From NCBI GenBank assembly GCA_026991575.1, contig JALXBF010000166.1, positions 1 to 39,045 of the forward strand: a stretch of 39,045 bases of DNA, read 5' to 3'. This DNA is from Planctomycetota bacterium. GTDB lineage: Bacteria > Planctomycetota > Planctomycetia > JALXBF01. Positions 9,862 to 19,418 of the stretch are shown piece by piece; the first letter of the stretch is position 1; every line of letters begins with the position of its first letter. The notes beneath the pieces were generated by a model. The model saw nothing but the letters and a program-made list of their open reading frames with translations. It had not been told where the DNA came from and did no database searches. The position numbers and the translations under genes were made by a program.

Positions 9862-11592
9862 ATGCCCAAGAAGACGCTGGCCAAACGCACCGATCAGGCC
9901 AATAAGCAGGCGGGCAAAGCTCAGGGCCGTGACAAGCGCGACGGCACGCCCGCCAAGCCTGCCACGCTGGGACAGTACCTGATCCGACGTCTGCACGACC
10001 TGGGTGTGCGCCACATCTTCGGGGTCCCCGGCGACTACGTGCTCACGTTCTACAAGATGCTCGAGGAGAGTCCCATTACGGTCGTGGGCACGACACGTGA
10101 GGACTGCGCCGGGCTGGCCGCCGACGCGTACGCCCGGCTCCGTGGTCTTGGTGTGGTCTGCGTCACGTATGGCGTCGGTGGCTTTAACCTGTGCAATGCC
10201 GTGGCCCAGGCCTATGCGGAAGAGTCACCTGTCGTGGTGATTTCTGGAGCGCCGGGTGTCAACGAGCGGGCCACGAATGCGTTCCTGCACCATCGCGTCG
10301 GCGAGTTTACGACCCAAAAAGAAGTCTTCGAGAAGATCACCGTTGCCAGCACGATCCTCGATGACCGGTTAACCGCGTTTCGTGAAATCGATCGCGTCCT
10401 GGAAGCCTGTCTCCGCTACAAGCGGCCCGTGTACATCGAGCTGCCACGCGACCAGGTCAACGCCGAGCCGCTTTACGACCATCAGCCTTCCGTCGAGCGG
10501 CTCACCAGCGACCGACGAGCCTTGCGCGAGGCCATCGAGGAGACCGTGCAGATGATCCGGCAAGCGAAGCGGCCGGTGGTCCTGGTCGGCGTGGAGATTC
10601 ACCGCTTCGGCCTGCACAATGAATTGATGCAGTTCGTCGAGCGGGCCAACATCGCCATGGCCTCCACGCTGCTTGGTAAGTCGGCGGTGGCCGAGAGCCA
10701 TCCGCTGCACGTCGGAATCTACGAGGGCAAGATGTGCCGTGAGGAGGTGCGCCAGTTTGTGGAGAACTCCGATTGCATTCTCCTACTCGGCTGCTTCCTC
10801 ACCGACGTAGATCTCGGCGGCGAACTGACCCGCTTCCCCGAGGACCGCAGCATCTGTGCGACATCCGACGGCATCCGCATTCGCCATCACGTGTACCGTG
10901 ACGTGCTCCTGACCGACTTCATGAAGGCTCTGGCCCGCCACGAGGACCTACCGCGCAAGGACGATGCCGAGCATCCGACGGTGTCGCGGCCGCAGCCGTT
11001 CGTTTGCCGGCCGAACCAGCCGGTCACGATCCGGCGGCTGTACCAGAAGCTGAATGACATCCTGCAAGAGAACATGGTCGTGATCTGCGACATCGGCGAC
11101 GCGCTGTTTGCTGCCTCGGAGTTGGTTACCCGCCAGCGTACCGAATTCATCAGCCCGGCCTACTACACGTCCATGGGGTTTGCAGTGCCGGCAGCCGTGG
11201 GCGCCTGTTTTGCACGCTCCGACCTGCGCCCACTGTGCATCGTGGGTGACGGTGCCTTCCAAATGACCGGTATGGAGCTGTCCACGATCGTGCGGTACGG
11301 TTTCAACCCGATCGTCATCGTCTTGAACAACCGTGGCTACACGACCGAGCGGTACATCCTTGATGGCAGTTTCAACGACATCCACCCGTGGCAGTATCAT
11401 CGCATCCCGGAGGTGCTGGGCGGAGGGTGGGGCTTTGAGGTGCGCACGGAGGGGGAGCTGGAGGACGCACTCCGAGCGGCGTTGGCCAACACGTCCAGCT
11501 TCAGCCTGCTCAACGTCCACCTGGATCCGTGGGACTGCAGCCCAGCTTTGGAGCGGCTCGGTAAGCGGCTGCAGCGCCGGGTACGCGGCTAA
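9862..11592 (+). CDS. thiamine-diphosphate-dependent 2-oxoacid decarboxylase (pyruvate/indolepyruvate decarboxylase family)
   Basis: Motifs IFGVPGDY, ADAYAR, VTYGVGG, LHH, the ThDP-binding GDGAFQMT...LNNRGYTTER, and FNDIHPWQY. ATG 9862 follows GGAG. Confidence 0.92.
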   Translation: MPKKTLAKRTDQANKQAGKAQGRDKRDGTPAKPATLGQYLIRRLHDLGVRHIFGVPGDYVLTFYKMLEESPITVVGTTREDCAGLAADAYARLRGLGVVCVTYGVGGFNLCNAVAQAYAEESPVVVISGAPGVNERATNAFLHHRVGEFTTQKEVFEKITVASTILDDRLTAFREIDRVLEACLRYKRPVYIELPRDQVNAEPLYDHQPSVERLTSDRRALREAIEETVQMIRQAKRPVVLVGVEIHRFGLHNELMQFVERANIAMASTLLGKSAVAESHPLHVGIYEGKMCREEVRQFVENSDCILLLGCFLTDVDLGGELTRFPEDRSICATSDGIRIRHHVYRDVLLTDFMKALARHEDLPRKDDAEHPTVSRPQPFVCRPNQPVTIRRLYQKLNDILQENMVVICDIGDALFAASELVTRQRTEFISPAYYTSMGFAVPAAVGACFARSDLRPLCIVGDGAFQMTGMELSTIVRYGFNPIVIVLNNRGYTTERYILDGSFNDIHPWQYHRIPEVLGGGWGFEVRTEGELEDALRAALANTSSFSLLNVHLDPWDCSPALERLGKRLQRRVRG

Positions 11593-11618
11593 GCCCGCCG
11601 CCGCCGGTATCGCGGCAC

Positions 11619-13661
11619 TCAAGGTTGCCTGATCTGGCGGTACAGCAGTGCCCAGATGGCGGCTAGCGCGACCAGCAGAGCAGCGCTGGTGATGAGGCCG
11701 CGGTTGATGAGGCTGTCGCGCAGCGGCGACATAGGCCGCAGGGCGCTCTGGCGGCTTTCAGCGGCGACGACCGCCCAGTCGACCCGGGTGCCTGGCCGCG
11801 GCGACCGTACAAGCTGAATAGCCACAAGCCAGTCGCCGGGCAGCAAGGGGTCGCGTGCATTGCGGAGCTGGACGGCGCCGTCGTTCAGGACGCGCGCAAC
11901 CAGCTCGCCGGAGTACCGGGGCAACGAACCAGCGCGGACGCGGTCCAGACGTCCCACGCTGCTAAGTCTGGGGTGCTGGAGCACTAACCCCACGCGGCCC
12001 GACCAGTCCGGGCGACAGTCGAACAGGGCCAGGAAGCGTTCGCTGGTCTGGCCGCTGCCGGCATGGTTACCCAGCCCGAAGAAGTGGCCGATCTCGACAG
12101 TCATGGCCATGACGCCGATCGGGTCAGCACCTGTGCCCTGGTCCGGCCAGATCGGGACCGATAGGGCGATCATCGGCGTGTGCGTTGCCTGGCTGATGAA
12201 GACAATGGATCGGTGAGGCTGGCGGATGGGCCGAAGCTGCGGTGACGGTGCTGTCAGATCCTGGCCAAGACCGTGGAAGTAGTCCCGGAAGGAGAAGTCT
12301 CGGCCCATGGTCTCCCGCTGCAGCGGGCTGCGTGCAATCTGGCGACCGCGCTGGTCGGTGACGAACCAGCTACGTGCTTGAGCGGTGACCTTGTGCGCCT
12401 CATGAAGGTGCTCGAGCCGTTGCTGGAGAGCTGCCAGCGGTAGTCGATCGCGCGGTAGCTCCTGGCTGGCGTGAACCAGAGCGATCAGTTGCGGATCGCC
12501 CGCAGCGGCTTCCAGGATGCGCCACCGGCGGTCAAGTTCCTGGCCCACCGAGCGGCTGGCCAACTCCGCGACCAGTGAGCTCCGGTACAGGGCATTGCTG
12601 ACAGAGACGGCCTCGGCTTGCCGCAGCGCCACGAAGATGCCTTGCCACACGAAGAACATCACGCCAATGGCGAGAATGGTGGGTAGCAGACCGCCGAGGA
12701 CGACCAGAGGCCGCCGGGCCCGGGCCCGCTCACGCTCCTGCAGCGCCTCCAACACGGCTTCCGCGCTCGAAAACCTTCGGGCCGGATCGGTTGCCAGGCA
12801 GCGGTCGATGATGCGTGCCAGGTGACGATCCACGCCTGGTACCCGGTAGTGTTCTCTGGGGGGCGGGGCGTGCGTGATGAGCTCGCGGTAGACGCGGAGC
12901 CGCTCGGCCAGATTACCTGCGTCACGAAGTCGGCGTCGCGCCTCTGGTGTATCGTGTGGCGGCCGACCCACGAGCATCTGGTACAGAAGTGCTCCCAGCG
13001 CGTAGACGTCCCAGCGAGTGTCGGGCAGGCCCTGCTCTAGCTGGGCCTGTTCCGGCGGCATATAGAAGAAGGTACCGAGAGCAGGGGAGACCTCTTCGCG
13101 GAGCTGAGCCTGGCCGAAGTCGGCCAGCATTGGTTCACCGCGCGCGGTTAACAGCACGTTGCCAGGCTTCAGGTCGCAGTGCCGGATGCCGCGTGCATGG
13201 ACGTAGGCCAGCGCCTGTGTCAGTCGGCGAAAAAGCGCGACGGCTTCGCCGACCGCCAGCGGGCCGCGCTCAAGCCGCTGTGCCAGCGATTCTCCCTCAA
13301 TGTAGTCCATCACGTAGTAGGGCGGGCTAGCGGCAGCATTCACGTCGATGAGCCGGACGATGCCCGGATCTGCCTGGAGCAGCGCCAACTGCTGGATCTC
13401 TGCCTGCAGGAACTCCCAGCGATTACCCACCGCGTACGACAGGAACTTGATGGCGACCTTCACACCGGTGCGAACGTCCCGTGCCAGCCACACCTCCCCG
13501 TAGGTGCCGGCGCCGAGTAGCCGTTCCAGCTCGTAGCCGGGCACGTGGGGTGCGCTTCGGCTCAGGGCCCGAGCTCGTGCCTGAGCCTCCTCGCCTTGTG
13601 CAACGGTGCCGTCCAGCGACGGCGCACTGCTGTTTGGTTCGGCGGCGAAGTTCATCGTCAC
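11619..13661 (-). CDS. membrane Ser/Thr protein kinase with extracytoplasmic Cache-like sensor domain
   Basis: Kinase motifs LGAGTYGEV, VAIK, HCDLKPGN, DFG, GTFFYMPPE and DVYALG. Then a TM helix, a Cache-like region (WFVTDQRGRQIARSP...GRDFSFRDYF...SIVFISQAT...IALSVPI) and a C-terminal TM helix. Confidence 0.9.
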   Translation of the reverse strand: MTMNFAAEPNSSAPSLDGTVAQGEEAQARARALSRSAPHVPGYELERLLGAGTYGEVWLARDVRTGVKVAIKFLSYAVGNRWEFLQAEIQQLALLQADPGIVRLIDVNAAASPPYYVMDYIEGESLAQRLERGPLAVGEAVALFRRLTQALAYVHARGIRHCDLKPGNVLLTARGEPMLADFGQAQLREEVSPALGTFFYMPPEQAQLEQGLPDTRWDVYALGALLYQMLVGRPPHDTPEARRRLRDAGNLAERLRVYRELITHAPPPREHYRVPGVDRHLARIIDRCLATDPARRFSSAEAVLEALQERERARARRPLVVLGGLLPTILAIGVMFFVWQGIFVALRQAEAVSVSNALYRSSLVAELASRSVGQELDRRWRILEAAAGDPQLIALVHASQELPRDRLPLAALQQRLEHLHEAHKVTAQARSWFVTDQRGRQIARSPLQRETMGRDFSFRDYFHGLGQDLTAPSPQLRPIRQPHRSIVFISQATHTPMIALSVPIWPDQGTGADPIGVMAMTVEIGHFFGLGNHAGSGQTSERFLALFDCRPDWSGRVGLVLQHPRLSSVGRLDRVRAGSLPRYSGELVARVLNDGAVQLRNARDPLLPGDWLVAIQLVRSPRPGTRVDWAVVAAESRQSALRPMSPLRDSLINRGLITSAALLVALAAIWALLYRQIRQP

Positions 13662-15322
13662 GGGGCTGGCCTAGCGGAGGGCAACGGGTTTTCCGGCACG
13701 GGCGGCGGCACGTTGAGCCAACGGGCAAGCGTTGCTGCAAACTGGGTGACCGAGCTGCGGTGATCGATCACTGCCGGACGCAGGGCGGGATGACGCAGCA
13801 CGATCGGGACGTTGGCATCATAGGCGTGCGGGGAACCGTGAGTGGAGCCGGTGCTGCGCGCCGAGGTGCTCGGGATGCTCAAGGCACGGAGGACGACCGC
13901 CACGTCGGCGTCCCAATCGGGTGCCAGCGCCCAATACAGGGCACGAGCATATGGGTCGGTACGGTCAAAGACGCCCTCTTGCAGCTTCGTGGCATCATAA
14001 ACGGCAAACACCTCGGAACGCCGCCGTAGCAGGCTAATGAACCGCGCACGCGCAGCGGCGCGGGACAGCCCCGCATACTCGGCCGCAGCAGGGTTAAGAA
14101 ACAGGAACGCACCGGTGATGCGAGCAATGAGGCGAGGTGGCCGACCGGCAGCTTGCTCCTGTTGCTTCACGACGCCGGCAAAGAACTCGCGTTCCACCTC
14201 CTTTAGCACCTTCTGCACCACGACACGATGGGCGGGGTAGCCGACGCTTGCCGCTACCTCCGGAGCCGCTACCACGCCATGATCGGCGCTTAGCGCCGCC
14301 GCCCAGCCATCAGCGCCGAGCTTCTCGTCCAGGAAACGGAAAAACTCTCCGAGCGCCTGTCCCGTACGCAGGAGGCAGTCCTGGTACTCCAGGCTAAGCG
14401 GGCCGTACGCGTGGCCCACGGTGTCGGTGGCGCTGAGACAGAGCCAGAGTAGATCTGGCGTGTCGTCACCGCCAAGTTGCTCGGCTTTGACTGCCTCTTG
14501 CGCGACACGCAGCGTGAGCTCGTTCACGAACGGTGTTATGCGTAACACGGAACGAACCGCGTCTGAATCGGGTAGCTCATGGGGAAACTGCCCAGCTGCC
14601 CCTTGAGGCTCACCCGGCCGCTGGTCCGCTCCGGCTGGATAGCGTCCCGCGGGTAGCAGTAGTTGCCAACGGCGGCCGCGATAAAGCGAAGCGTTCAGCT
14701 TCTTGTTTGTAGCTTCCAACCACTCCGGCAGCTGGCCATCACGGTGGTAAAACCTGCTGGAGACGAAGCCCCCCGTCTGGCTGCTGTACCAGTAGGCCTT
14801 GCCCGCGTAGCCGGCTGTAAGAACTGCTGCGCGATCCTTGCCGGAGAACGATAACACCTTTGCCCGCCCGGAACTGAACGTCGCTAATACATCGCCCACC
14901 GTGGGCACGCGGAGCCGGCGCGGACTGGCGCCCTGGCCGGCCGCACCAACCAGCGGAAACTCAGGATCGGCAACACAGTACACGGTCCGCCCCTCGGCAG
15001 GATCAAACCAGCTGTTGCCATAGATGCCGCTGAACCGGGGAGGCGCACCGGTTGACAAGAGACTGTGGCCGATGGCGGTCACAGTGGTGGCCTGCGGGTA
15101 GAAAGCGTTTCGATACCAGATCCCTTCGCTTATCAAGCGACGCAGACCCGAGTCGTCCGGCAGGATCGGCGCCACGCGTTCTAGGATCCACTCCGGGAAC
15201 TGGTCCAGGACGACGACCACGACCAAGCGAACGCGGGCCGGCTGAGAGGCTGCGGGCAGGTTGCCCACGGTCGGAACAAGGAGCAAGAGGATGGCGATGG
15301 TTAACCGGGTGAAACGAAGCAT
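13658..15322 (-). CDS. alkaline phosphatase superfamily protein, PafA/nucleotide pyrophosphatase type, secreted
   Basis: Signal peptide, VVVVLDQF, TTVTAIGHS (Thr nucleophile motif), SGKDRAA, SATDTVGHAYGP, SADHG and THGSPHAYD. AGGAGG lies upstream of ATG 15322. 4-nt overlap with the kinase start. Confidence 0.9.
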   Translation of the reverse strand: MLRFTRLTIAILLLLVPTVGNLPAASQPARVRLVVVVVLDQFPEWILERVAPILPDDSGLRRLISEGIWYRNAFYPQATTVTAIGHSLLSTGAPPRFSGIYGNSWFDPAEGRTVYCVADPEFPLVGAAGQGASPRRLRVPTVGDVLATFSSGRAKVLSFSGKDRAAVLTAGYAGKAYWYSSQTGGFVSSRFYHRDGQLPEWLEATNKKLNASLYRGRRWQLLLPAGRYPAGADQRPGEPQGAAGQFPHELPDSDAVRSVLRITPFVNELTLRVAQEAVKAEQLGGDDTPDLLWLCLSATDTVGHAYGPLSLEYQDCLLRTGQALGEFFRFLDEKLGADGWAAALSADHGVVAAPEVAASVGYPAHRVVVQKVLKEVEREFFAGVVKQQEQAAGRPPRLIARITGAFLFLNPAAAEYAGLSRAAARARFISLLRRRSEVFAVYDATKLQEGVFDRTDPYARALYWALAPDWDADVAVVLRALSIPSTSARSTGSTHGSPHAYDANVPIVLRHPALRPAVIDHRSSVTQFAATLARWLNVPPPVPENPLPSARPAP

Positions 15323-15687
15323 CGATGGCCTCCTGGTGGGGACTACGAATGCGCCTCCGCCTGGCAGGTGTTGCGTCACCACAACGTGCAGCCCATTGTA
15401 AGCGAACGGCCCCGGTTGCTCCGGCCTGCCCCACGCATCTCGGCTCACGCAAAGCCGACCGGAGAATCGACCGACCGGCCATCATCGTGGTCGTCGCGAT
15501 CGAGTGGAAAGCCGGTACGGCCGGCCGTGTCGGTCATGCCACTCGGGCCGAGTAAGCCGATCGACCGCGTCGAGGGCAGGCGATGTCTGAGCTGGACCTC
15601 GTCAGCCGGGGGACGTCCCAGCGGCCGGGTTGAGCTAGAATGAAGGGAGAAGGCCAGCGGTCAGTGCGACATGGTGGAGGCGTTACC

Positions 15688-16308
15688 ATGGCACGTCTGA
15701 GGCAAACGGTAGCGCTGGCCGCGATCGGGCTAGCAGCTTGCCTGCTTGCTGCGCCGGTCGCTTACGCGCAGCGGGATCACGATGCAGATGGCGGGCACCG
15801 AGGCACGGTAGGGCACCTTCGCCACGGGCAGCATCACCACGGGCACATCCATCATGCCGGATGTGCACACTTGCATGTGGGGTGGCTGTGCCCGTTCGGA
15901 ACAGTGGGCGTTGGCTATCATGCGTTTCCGGTGCCAGCAGTTATGGTTTTTGCAACCCCCTGGGGCTATGGCTACACCGCCTACCCGGCTCTCGGGTGGT
16001 ACGGTGCTGTCTACCGCCAGTACCTTCCTTCGTACCTCGTGACGCTATATGGCTTCAATTGGTACGGCGCGCCGGTGGTCGCGCCCGTATATGGCTGGTA
16101 TCCGTACGCGTTGGGAGCCTACGGGTACGCCCTCTCCTACCGCGGCTTTGTTAATCCGCCGGGCACGTCCGTGTACCAGTACCGGCACCGCACTCAGGTT
16201 TACGGCTCGCTGGTGATCTCAATCCTGCGGCATCAGCCCGCGGTATCGCACCGGGCCGTGCCCAGGGTGCGACCTGCCTGGGGGCACTTCCGTACCGGAC
16301 AGCGCTGA
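15688..16308 (+). CDS. secreted low-complexity protein (His-rich N-terminus, Tyr/Gly/Pro-rich core)
   Basis: GGAGG RBS before ATG 15688, a signal peptide ending in AYA, HGQHHHGHIHH, then many YG/GY/WYG units. Confidence 0.65.
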   Translation: MARLRQTVALAAIGLAACLLAAPVAYAQRDHDADGGHRGTVGHLRHGQHHHGHIHHAGCAHLHVGWLCPFGTVGVGYHAFPVPAVMVFATPWGYGYTAYPALGWYGAVYRQYLPSYLVTLYGFNWYGAPVVAPVYGWYPYALGAYGYALSYRGFVNPPGTSVYQYRHRTQVYGSLVISILRHQPAVSHRAVPRVRPAWGHFRTGQR

Positions 16309-16497
16309 TGTATGCTTACGTGCCCACGCCGCTGGGCAATCGCAGTGCCGCATCGAGCCTCTGGGCGATCTGTGCGGGCAGCCAACGGTTGCGTGCGCGG
16401 CTGCGGTTGGGTAAGCTCCGGTGCGAAGAGGTCGCCTCTCGGGGACCAGCCACGCGCGAACTTGCGTGCCCCGGCCGATCTGCCAGGCTAACAGGTC

Positions 16498-16526
16498 TTG
16501 CAATCGGCGGTGCCGGGGGGTAAGAT
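16498..16526 (+). promoter_or_regulatory. sigma70-type promoter (TTGCAA-17 nt-TAAGAT)
   Basis: TTGCAA at 16498-16503 and TAAGAT at 16521-16526 with an exact 17-nt spacer, in the gap between convergent genes. Confidence 0.6.
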
Positions 16527-16532
16527 GTTTGC

Positions 16533-16612
16533 TACTTTAGAGGAGTCAACGCCACAGGGGCCCGGGTGCGGTTTGGGGTGGCGCCCATCCGGGTTTCCCT
16601 GTGGCGTCTTTT
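16533..16612 (+). ncRNA. candidate small RNA (~80 nt), family not recognised
   Basis: Bounded by the promoter above and a terminator-like hairpin. No credible plus-strand CDS follows. Confidence 0.45.
16549..16612 (+). terminator. intrinsic terminator-like hairpin
   Basis: ACGCCACAGGG (16549-16559) pairs perfectly with CCCTGTGGCGT (16597-16607). An inner stem forms at 16560-16568/16586-16594. CTTTT follows on the plus strand only. Confidence 0.65.
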
Positions 16613-16623
16613 GTGCCCGACGG

Positions 16624-18183
16624 TCACCACTGTGTGATGGCGCGCCACAGGATTCGTTCCCCAGTAGGCCAACCCTTTTCCCGTTCTAATTCGGGATAGA
16701 AGCGGCGATAGATCAAGATCACTTCGGTCGTTCCGGCTGCGGCTTCGCCGGCGGCAAAAACAAACTCACCGCGTACGGTAGTAGCCGGTGCCAGCGTCGT
16801 ATCGACCTCACGGTCCGCCAACCAGAAGGGGGCCAGCCGGTTCCGGTGGTAGAAAACTCTGCCGAAAAACAACCCGGGCTTGCCCGCAAGCTCATAACCG
16901 AGCGATGCGGACCAGCCTGCCACGTCCGGCAGCACAGGCCCGGCTAGTCGGCGCAGCGCCATGCCGTGCCGGTCATAGGCTTGCACCAGCAGGAGGAAGT
17001 GTCGCTGAGGGAATCCGGTGGGCACGCGGTGACCGACCGCGCCGGCGCGGGCTGTGACGGTGACCTTCAGTTGGCCGTTGGCCAAGCTGCTGCGGACCTC
17101 GTCAACGCGCAAGGCACGGGACAACATGGCCGGATCGTCGCCACCTGGGAAGCGATGACTGGCGAGCTGCTCCCGTGGTCGCTCGATCCCGCCGCGCCCC
17201 GGTGCGGTATTCGATCGCCCGGTCGGGGGTGGCATGTGGCAGTGCTGGCAACTCTTGCCCTGGCGTGCAGCCGGGCTGCGCAGCCACTCACTGTAGGTAC
17301 GGTAAACGTGCACCCCGAGCAGCAGGCCTTCGTGACACGGCGCACAGTAGCGGGCGTCGCTGTAGACAGGCGCGTAGGCATCGCCTTCTGAGATCGCATC
17401 GGGGAGTGGGCCGAAGAAAGCCTGCTGATGATCGGGTGGCGTCAGGATCCGGTAGGCGTGTACGCCGTGCTGAAGCGGTAGCTTGCTGACGTCAACGTCG
17501 ACCACCTTGTGGCACAGGTCGCAGTGGATGCCTTCGCGCGCGACTCCGGTCAGCCGTCTGGGATCGGCCATGGCCGGGTCACCCAGGGCTGCTTGCGGAA
17601 AGTGGCACGGGGCGCAGACGCCTCGGACGTCGGGCCGGTCGCGGAAGAAAGCCCACCGCGGGGGAGCATCATCACGGCGGGTGCCGGTGCCATAAAGCAC
17701 ATCGAGAAGCTGCTCGTTGATGGCACTGGTAGCGTGCCGCGACGCAGCCCACTCACGGTACAGTTGCAGGTGGCAGTGACCGCACGCATGCGACTCATCC
17801 GCCTCCGGGCTGGGATCCACCCACCGGTAGCCAGGGCGGGAAGCCGGTAGGCGGCGCAGGCGCAGGATGATTGGATCGGTCAACACGCTGGTGCCGGAGT
17901 TGTAATAGCCAGGCGCAGCGGCCGTCACGGTCGCGCCTTCGGGCAGCTGCTCGGGCACGTGCAACCGGAAGCTGCCATCCGCATCTGCCACAGTGCCATG
18001 CCGGCTTCCCTGCAGACGCACCAGGGCACCGGCGACAGGCTGCCCCTGCTCATCAACCACGGTGCCGCGTACCAATGGTGTGGTCGGTGCCTGGGCCGAC
18101 ACGACAAGCGCGGCGCCGAAGAGCAAGACAACGCCCAGCGCGAACCGCTCGATGTGTCGTCGTGACCGCTCAGAATGGCTCAT
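16624..18183 (-). CDS. periplasmic multiheme (5 x CxxCH) cytochrome c with N-terminal carboxypeptidase-regulatory-like beta-sandwich
   Basis: Signal peptide, VRGTVVDEQGQPVAGALV...ADGSF, heme motifs CGHCH, CAPCH, CDLCH, CAPCH and CQHCH, plus EWAASRHA, TYSEW and GHRVPTG. Confidence 0.9.
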   Translation of the reverse strand: MSHSERSRRHIERFALGVVLLFGAALVVSAQAPTTPLVRGTVVDEQGQPVAGALVRLQGSRHGTVADADGSFRLHVPEQLPEGATVTAAAPGYYNSGTSVLTDPIILRLRRLPASRPGYRWVDPSPEADESHACGHCHLQLYREWAASRHATSAINEQLLDVLYGTGTRRDDAPPRWAFFRDRPDVRGVCAPCHFPQAALGDPAMADPRRLTGVAREGIHCDLCHKVVDVDVSKLPLQHGVHAYRILTPPDHQQAFFGPLPDAISEGDAYAPVYSDARYCAPCHEGLLLGVHVYRTYSEWLRSPAARQGKSCQHCHMPPPTGRSNTAPGRGGIERPREQLASHRFPGGDDPAMLSRALRVDEVRSSLANGQLKVTVTARAGAVGHRVPTGFPQRHFLLLVQAYDRHGMALRRLAGPVLPDVAGWSASLGYELAGKPGLFFGRVFYHRNRLAPFWLADREVDTTLAPATTVRGEFVFAAGEAAAGTTEVILIYRRFYPELEREKGWPTGERILWRAITQW

Positions 18184-18210
18184 CTTCTCACGCTGGGGCG
18201 TTCGATGGCT

Positions 18211-19317
18211 TTACCTGTCCGACCCGCTACTCTTGGTCTGCTCCTCCCGCGCGTGTGCTTGCTGCTCTGCCCACCAGGCACGCCACCGCCGTATGCTGGC
18301 CTCGACTTGCTCACGTGTTGCTCCCGGTGGCGGCCCGAACAAGCGACGGGTGATGCGAGTCAAGGCCGTAGCTGCTTCCTGCCGCAGTTGCTCGTTGTTG
18401 GTCGATAGCAGTTCGATGAGTACCGGAACGGCCCGCCTGGCACGGAGCCGTCCAAGCGTTCGGACGGCGGTGATGCGATGGCTGGTGGGCAGTGCCGGGT
18501 TGGCGGCGGCCGTCATGAGGCTGTCCAGGTGAGCCGTCAACTCAGCGGCCCTGCTCTCCCGCGCCGCTCGCTCCAGGGTGCGCAGCTCGCTGGAGGACAA
18601 GGAACCGGCACGGAGCCCGGCAACGAGCCGTGCAAGCGAGGTGCTCTCAGCACCGGGGCCGCTGGCTGGTGGCACAACCGATGGGCCAGCTGCCGGCTGG
18701 TTGGCCGTTTCGCCGCGCAGGATCCGGAGCAGGTCACCGTCAACGGCCGCCACGCTCTGCTGGCCCCGCTTTCGCATTCGCCGCAGCAGTTGGAGCCGGC
18801 TGTACTTGCGAAGTTTCGTTCGAAGAACCTGGTTCCGCGCGGCGCGGAGCGCGCTGTTGATGTAGTGGCCGTATGGACCGCGGCCGGGATCCAAATGACG
18901 CAGAACGTACTCTCCTAACGCGGGATCGTCGGCTCGTCTCAGCAGCGCGCGCAACTTGCTGCTGAAGGCCACCACCGGACAACTGGCCCCCTGGCGGACC
19001 GCCCGGTTCAGCCCGCGCACGATTGCCGGAATCGCCGCAGGATCCCGTAATCGTTCCCAGCGTGCCCGAGCCTGGACGGCCTGGGGTCCCCGTAGAACGC
19101 CGACGTCGTAGGCGTAAAAATCGTCCACCACACCCTGGTACCGTGCCGCCTGCCGCTCAAGTTCCCGGTCTCTGTCCTCGACGTTGGCCGATGCTCGGTC
19201 TGCATCCCGAGTGGCTCTGGACCGATCAACCTGGGCGTTGCCAGGCTCAGCGGCCGCAACAGTAACGAACAGACAGACGACGAAAACCAGACATGACCGC
19301 AAGCACGTCTGTGCCAT
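18211..19317 (-). CDS. secreted HEAT/PBS-lyase repeat protein
   Basis: Signal peptide after a GGAGG RBS (ATG 19317). C-terminal RITAVRTLGRLRARRAVPVLIELL...LRQEAATALTRIT...WRAWW. Confidence 0.75.
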   Translation of the reverse strand: MAQTCLRSCLVFVVCLFVTVAAAEPGNAQVDRSRATRDADRASANVEDRDRELERQAARYQGVVDDFYAYDVGVLRGPQAVQARARWERLRDPAAIPAIVRGLNRAVRQGASCPVVAFSSKLRALLRRADDPALGEYVLRHLDPGRGPYGHYINSALRAARNQVLRTKLRKYSRLQLLRRMRKRGQQSVAAVDGDLLRILRGETANQPAAGPSVVPPASGPGAESTSLARLVAGLRAGSLSSSELRTLERAARESRAAELTAHLDSLMTAAANPALPTSHRITAVRTLGRLRARRAVPVLIELLSTNNEQLRQEAATALTRITRRLFGPPPGATREQVEASIRRWRAWWAEQQAHAREEQTKSSGSDR

Positions 19318-19418
19318 TGCTTCTCCTCCGGCACGATCGCCGGGCTCTTCCCTAGCGACCAGACTACCTCTGCCGAGCGTGCGATGCAACTGGTGGGCCG
19401 GTTAGAAGCTGACTTCAC

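Noticed and set aside
16498..16689. 63-aa plus-strand ORF across the candidate sRNA
   Set aside because: It starts inside the -35 box, runs through the terminator hairpin into the convergent gene, and has no protein-like features.
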